In this document: positions 60,763 through 64,000 of the stretch, in pieces
How the letters are laid out: each line of letters starts with the position of its first letter
Position numbering within the stretch: the first letter of the stretch is position 1
From: Candidatus Eiseniibacteriota bacterium
Lineage (GTDB): Bacteria; Eisenbacteria; RBG-16-71-46
Direction: 5' to 3'
Length of the DNA stretch: 64,000 nucleotides
Assembly (NCBI GenBank): GCA_963725865.1
Contig: CAVSAC010000010.1
Location: 451,736-515,735 of the forward strand
Notes under the pieces: generated by a model
What the model was told of the DNA's origin: nothing
Seen by the model: the letters and a program-made list of their open reading frames with translations, nothing else
Databases searched by the model: none
Translations under genes and position numbers: made by a program

Positions 60763-62030
60763 TCGAGTCCTTCGCTGACCAGCGTGAAGCGGCCGAAGCC
60801 CTCGCGATCGACGAACACGAATCGCCGGTAGGGCTGGTTGTAGTACCAGATCTCGACCTGGTTGCTCACCATGCTCGCGGGCCGCGACTCGACCTGGTCG
60901 GCCGGCCCGTACTTGATGTAGATCCGCCCCATGTCCGATCGCCAGCCGGGCCCGAAGCCCTGGAAGTGCATCTCGGCGTAGCGCAGTCGGCGGAAGAACT
61001 CGAGCATCGCCTCGTTGCGCGGAGTGTCGGGCGACGGGTCGCGTCGGCGCCAGAACGCCTCCCAGCCCGCCGCCTGTTCCGCCGCCGGCAGCGCCCGCAG
61101 GTGCTCGATCTCCCCCGCCTCCGCGACGTAGCCGAGCGGTTCCAGCAGGCGCTCGAATTCCTTGCCGCGCGGCGGGCCGCTCTCCTCCACCTCGAACGAG
61201 CGCTCGATGCGCCACCGCGAGCGTCCCTCGCTCACCTCGATCTCGAACGTGTAGTCGCCAATGAACAGGTCGCTGCGCGACGGCCGCACGACCAGCGAGT
61301 CGGAGGGATGCGTGAGCGTGACGGTCTCGGCGCCCGTGACGACTTCGTCCTGGCTGTCGTCGAGGATCCGGTAGCGGAGCGGGTACGTGCGTGGCCACGC
61401 GCCCGGGCGCCGATCGAACATCACCACGCGGACGGCGAGCTTCGACACCTCGAGCCCGTAGCGGCGCCCCGGGATCGGAGTGAAACCCCGCGTCGAATCG
61501 GCGACCCCGAGCTCGAGTTCCGAGAAGCCGAAAGGCATCTTCGCGTAGTCCGGCAGTTCGAGCTCGTCGCTCGCACTCGAGAGTTCGCGCGACCCCAGGT
61601 CGCGGACCGAGACCTCGACGCGATACCGGCCGGGCGGGACCACGAGCGTGCGCCGCTCCGACAGGTTGGCGGCCGCGGAGCGCGTCTCGGCAAAGCTCGC
61701 GACCGCGATACGGCGGCTCCAGACGTCACCGTACAGTCGTCCGTTCCCGTGCGGCCGCAGTACCACGGTGAACTCCGCGCCGGCGGCGTACCCGGCGGGG
61801 ATCTTCAGCCACTGCAGCTCCCCGTGGGGCACCGTGAGGGTCACGCCGACGCCTGGATGCCCCTGGTCGTCGACCGAGATGGCGATGTCGGCGGTGAAGA
61901 GCGGCTGCCGATCCGAGCGCAGCGGCGGAATGTCGTCCGCGTGGGCCGGCAGGCGGCCGCCGGCGAGCCCGAGGGCGGCGGCGAGCAGGATGACGATGGG
62001 CGGCTGGACGCGCGGGATCAGGCGGAGCAC
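60759..62030 (-). CDS. GWxTD-domain secreted protein
   Basis: Signal peptide MLRLIPRVQPPIVILLAAALGLAGG. The C-terminal ...FQGFGPGWRSDMGRIYIKYGPADQVE...EIWYY matches the GWxTD domain signature. Confidence 0.65.
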   Translation of the reverse strand: MLRLIPRVQPPIVILLAAALGLAGGRLPAHADDIPPLRSDRQPLFTADIAISVDDQGHPGVGVTLTVPHGELQWLKIPAGYAAGAEFTVVLRPHGNGRLYGDVWSRRIAVASFAETRSAAANLSERRTLVVPPGRYRVEVSVRDLGSRELSSASDELELPDYAKMPFGFSELELGVADSTRGFTPIPGRRYGLEVSKLAVRVVMFDRRPGAWPRTYPLRYRILDDSQDEVVTGAETVTLTHPSDSLVVRPSRSDLFIGDYTFEIEVSEGRSRWRIERSFEVEESGPPRGKEFERLLEPLGYVAEAGEIEHLRALPAAEQAAGWEAFWRRRDPSPDTPRNEAMLEFFRRLRYAEMHFQGFGPGWRSDMGRIYIKYGPADQVESRPASMVSNQVEIWYYNQPYRRFVFVDREGFGRFTLVSEGLE

Positions 62031-62154
62031 GGCGGCACGCTAGCACAGCGAACGGGGCCCACAAAGCGCTTGACCTCACCCGGATGCCGTGGCCTCATAG
62101 AAGCGTCTCTGACCGAGGCGAGGCACCAGGACCAACCGGGTCCTTCGACGGGAT

Positions 62155-64000
62155 GTGAATACGAACCGCTCGATTCCGACGCTGATTCTCCGCCTGAGCG
62201 CGGCACTCGCCCTCCTCTTCGTCCTTGCCCCACCGCCGGCATGCGCCACCCAGCCCGTCGCGGGCGGGGTGCTGCCCGAGGCCGTACGGGAGGCCTTCCG
62301 CAGTGGCGCGTTCGACGTGCCGCCGGTGCTTGGGCTCGGGACCAGTGCGGCCCAGACCCAGACCACCTGGCGCGTTCCGATCATCATGATCGGCTTCACG
62401 GACGAGCCCCTGACCTACACGCCGGCGGAGTTCGATCAGGCGCTGTTCGACACCACCGGGGCGCTGCCGACGGGTTCCGCGGCCGAGTACTGGCGCTGGG
62501 CCTCGGGTGGCCGCATGAGCCTGTCGGGCCGGGTGGTCGCCACCGTCGCGTTGCCCCACGACGTCGCCTACTACGGGTTCGGTTACTGGGGCCTGCGCCT
62601 GACGTCGACCCCCAACAACATGTACGGCGCCATCCGCGACGCGCTCAACGCGTGCGAGGCGTCGGTGGACTGGTCGGAGTTCGACCAGGACCACGACGGC
62701 TACGTCGACATGCTCTGGATCCTGCACGCCGGTCCGGGCGGCGAGGCCCTGCGCGACTACAACTCGCTGTGGTCGGTCACCTCGCGGCTGAGCGCCGGCT
62801 GGTCCTCCGGTGGCGTGTACGTGACCTCGGACACGGTGCCGGGATCGACCACGCAGCGGATGCGAATCGACCGCTTCTCCTCGGTGCCCGAGGAGTCGGC
62901 GCTGCTGCCCGGACGCCGCTCGGAGATCGGCGTGTTCTGCCACGAGTTCGGCCACGCGCTCGGTCTGCCCGACTTCTACGACACCAGTTCGCTCGGCGGG
63001 GCCTCGAACTGCGGACCCGGCTGGTGGTCGCTGATGGCGATGGGCAACCAGGGGCCCGGCGGGCTCACGCCCGAAGCGCCGTCGCACCCGGGCGCGTGGG
63101 CGCTCAAGATGCTGGGCTGGCTGACGCCGGCACATCCGACCCGGGATTCCATCATCACGCTCGCGCCGATCGAGAGCGGAGGCGGCGCGGTCGAGGTGTC
63201 GTTCGAGGGCGAGCCGTCGCCGGAGTACTTCCTGGTCGAGAATCGCCAGCGGCTCGGGTTCGACCGCGCGCTGCTCTCCGAAGGCCTGATCGTCAGTCAT
63301 CTGGACGAGACCGGGATGGGCGCGAGCTACGCGGCCAACCGCATCAACACCGGGCTGACGCCCGGCTACATCGTGCTCGAGGCCGACGGACGGAACGATC
63401 TCTACCTGGGCCACAACCGCGGCGAGGCGAGCGATCCGTTCCCGGGCTCGCTCGGGGTCGCGAACCTCGACGAGTCGACGTGGCCCAACACCTCGACGAT
63501 CCTGGGCGCGCCCACCTCGGTCGCGCTGCGCGACATCACGCCGATCGGCGACGCCGTGCGATTCAGTCTCCAGGTCCAGGCGCCCGGCTGGCAGCCCGCG
63601 CGGGACCGCACGGAACCGGGCTACACGCCGGTCGAGGTCTACAGCACGGCGCGCACCGCGGTCGTGGACGTGGGAGGCACCATCTCGGCGGTTCGCAGCG
63701 AGGTCCTCGGCGGGATCCCTCAGATCGTGCTGCGCACCCGACGCGCCGGGACCTGGGGCAGCGGCGAGCCCGTCAGCGCCTCGAGCGGCTCGGCCCTGAG
63801 CCCGAGCATCACGGCACTGCCGGGGGGCGATTTGGCGACCGCCTGGAGCGACACCCGCGGTGGCGCATCACGGATCTTCTACCGCGCGCGGGTCGGCGGC
63901 GTGTGGGAGCAGGAGGTCGCGCTCGCCCCGCTTCCGGGCGAGGCATTCCGCCCGTCGATCGCCGCCGACGCCCACGGCGTGGTGTATGCGACCTGGCTGC
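62155..64000 (+). CDS. M6-family (immune inhibitor A-like) metallopeptidase, 5' portion; continues past the window end
   Basis: Hand translation from GTG ~62155 gives the signal peptide (…LRLSAALALLFVLAPPPACA), then ...VFCHEFGHALGLPDFYD..., an HExxH zinc motif in M6 context. No stop occurs before 64000, so it is absent from the ORF track. Confidence 0.6.
   Translation, partial: MNTNRSIPTLILRLSAALALLFVLAPPPACATQPVAGGVLPEAVREAFRSGAFDVPPVLGLGTSAAQTQTTWRVPIIMIGFTDEPLTYTPAEFDQALFDTTGALPTGSAAEYWRWASGGRMSLSGRVVATVALPHDVAYYGFGYWGLRLTSTPNNMYGAIRDALNACEASVDWSEFDQDHDGYVDMLWILHAGPGGEALRDYNSLWSVTSRLSAGWSSGGVYVTSDTVPGSTTQRMRIDRFSSVPEESALLPGRRSEIGVFCHEFGHALGLPDFYDTSSLGGASNCGPGWWSLMAMGNQGPGGLTPEAPSHPGAWALKMLGWLTPAHPTRDSIITLAPIESGGGAVEVSFEGEPSPEYFLVENRQRLGFDRALLSEGLIVSHLDETGMGASYAANRINTGLTPGYIVLEADGRNDLYLGHNRGEASDPFPGSLGVANLDESTWPNTSTILGAPTSVALRDITPIGDAVRFSLQVQAPGWQPARDRTEPGYTPVEVYSTARTAVVDVGGTISAVRSEVLGGIPQIVLRTRRAGTWGSGEPVSASSGSALSPSITALPGGDLATAWSDTRGGASRIFYRARVGGVWEQEVALAPLPGEAFRPSIAADAHGVVYATWL

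Overview
High-GC (~70%) bacterial chromosomal segment, densely coded, with many genes overlapping start/stop by 4 nt (ATGA/GTGA). The GWxTD-domain protein, FlgD-Ig-like/T9SS-type C-terminal domains and PorV/PorP-like barrel suggest Gemmatimonadota or a related FCB-group lineage; this is inference only.

Housekeeping content:
- a kynureninase 3' end and a LOG-family gene
- a Mo-hydroxylase (xanthine dehydrogenase family) cluster with XdhC and MocA accessories, plus a Rieske protein
- a class II FBA / FBPase pair, arsC, and dinB with a DUF72 gene
- a complete ccmABCDEF cytochrome c maturation operon
- nrnA, pdxST, nifS-apbC, rarA, cbiMQO, comF, aroE, lgt
- the rod-shape operon rodA-mrdA-mreD-mreC-mreB, in which mreB carries compensating frameshifts

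Accessory or unusual content:
- a minimal exosortase-family gene next to a secreted protein ending in a VPxxP-TM-Arg sorting tail
- a ~1555-aa secreted repeat protein with a T9SS-like C-terminal domain, translationally coupled to a PorV/PorP-like beta-barrel fused to TPR repeats, then to a HAMP-PP2C-HATPase (RsbU/RsbW-like fusion), a STAS antagonist and an orphan GAF histidine kinase. This five-gene, tightly coupled operon is the most likely undescribed system in the window.
- a radical-SAM/SPASM plus metallophosphoesterase pair
- an OMP plus two-lipoprotein operon
- an NlpC/P60, GWxTD and M6-protease cluster

Coordinates follow the ORF track where possible. Hand-derived starts may be off by a few nucleotides.
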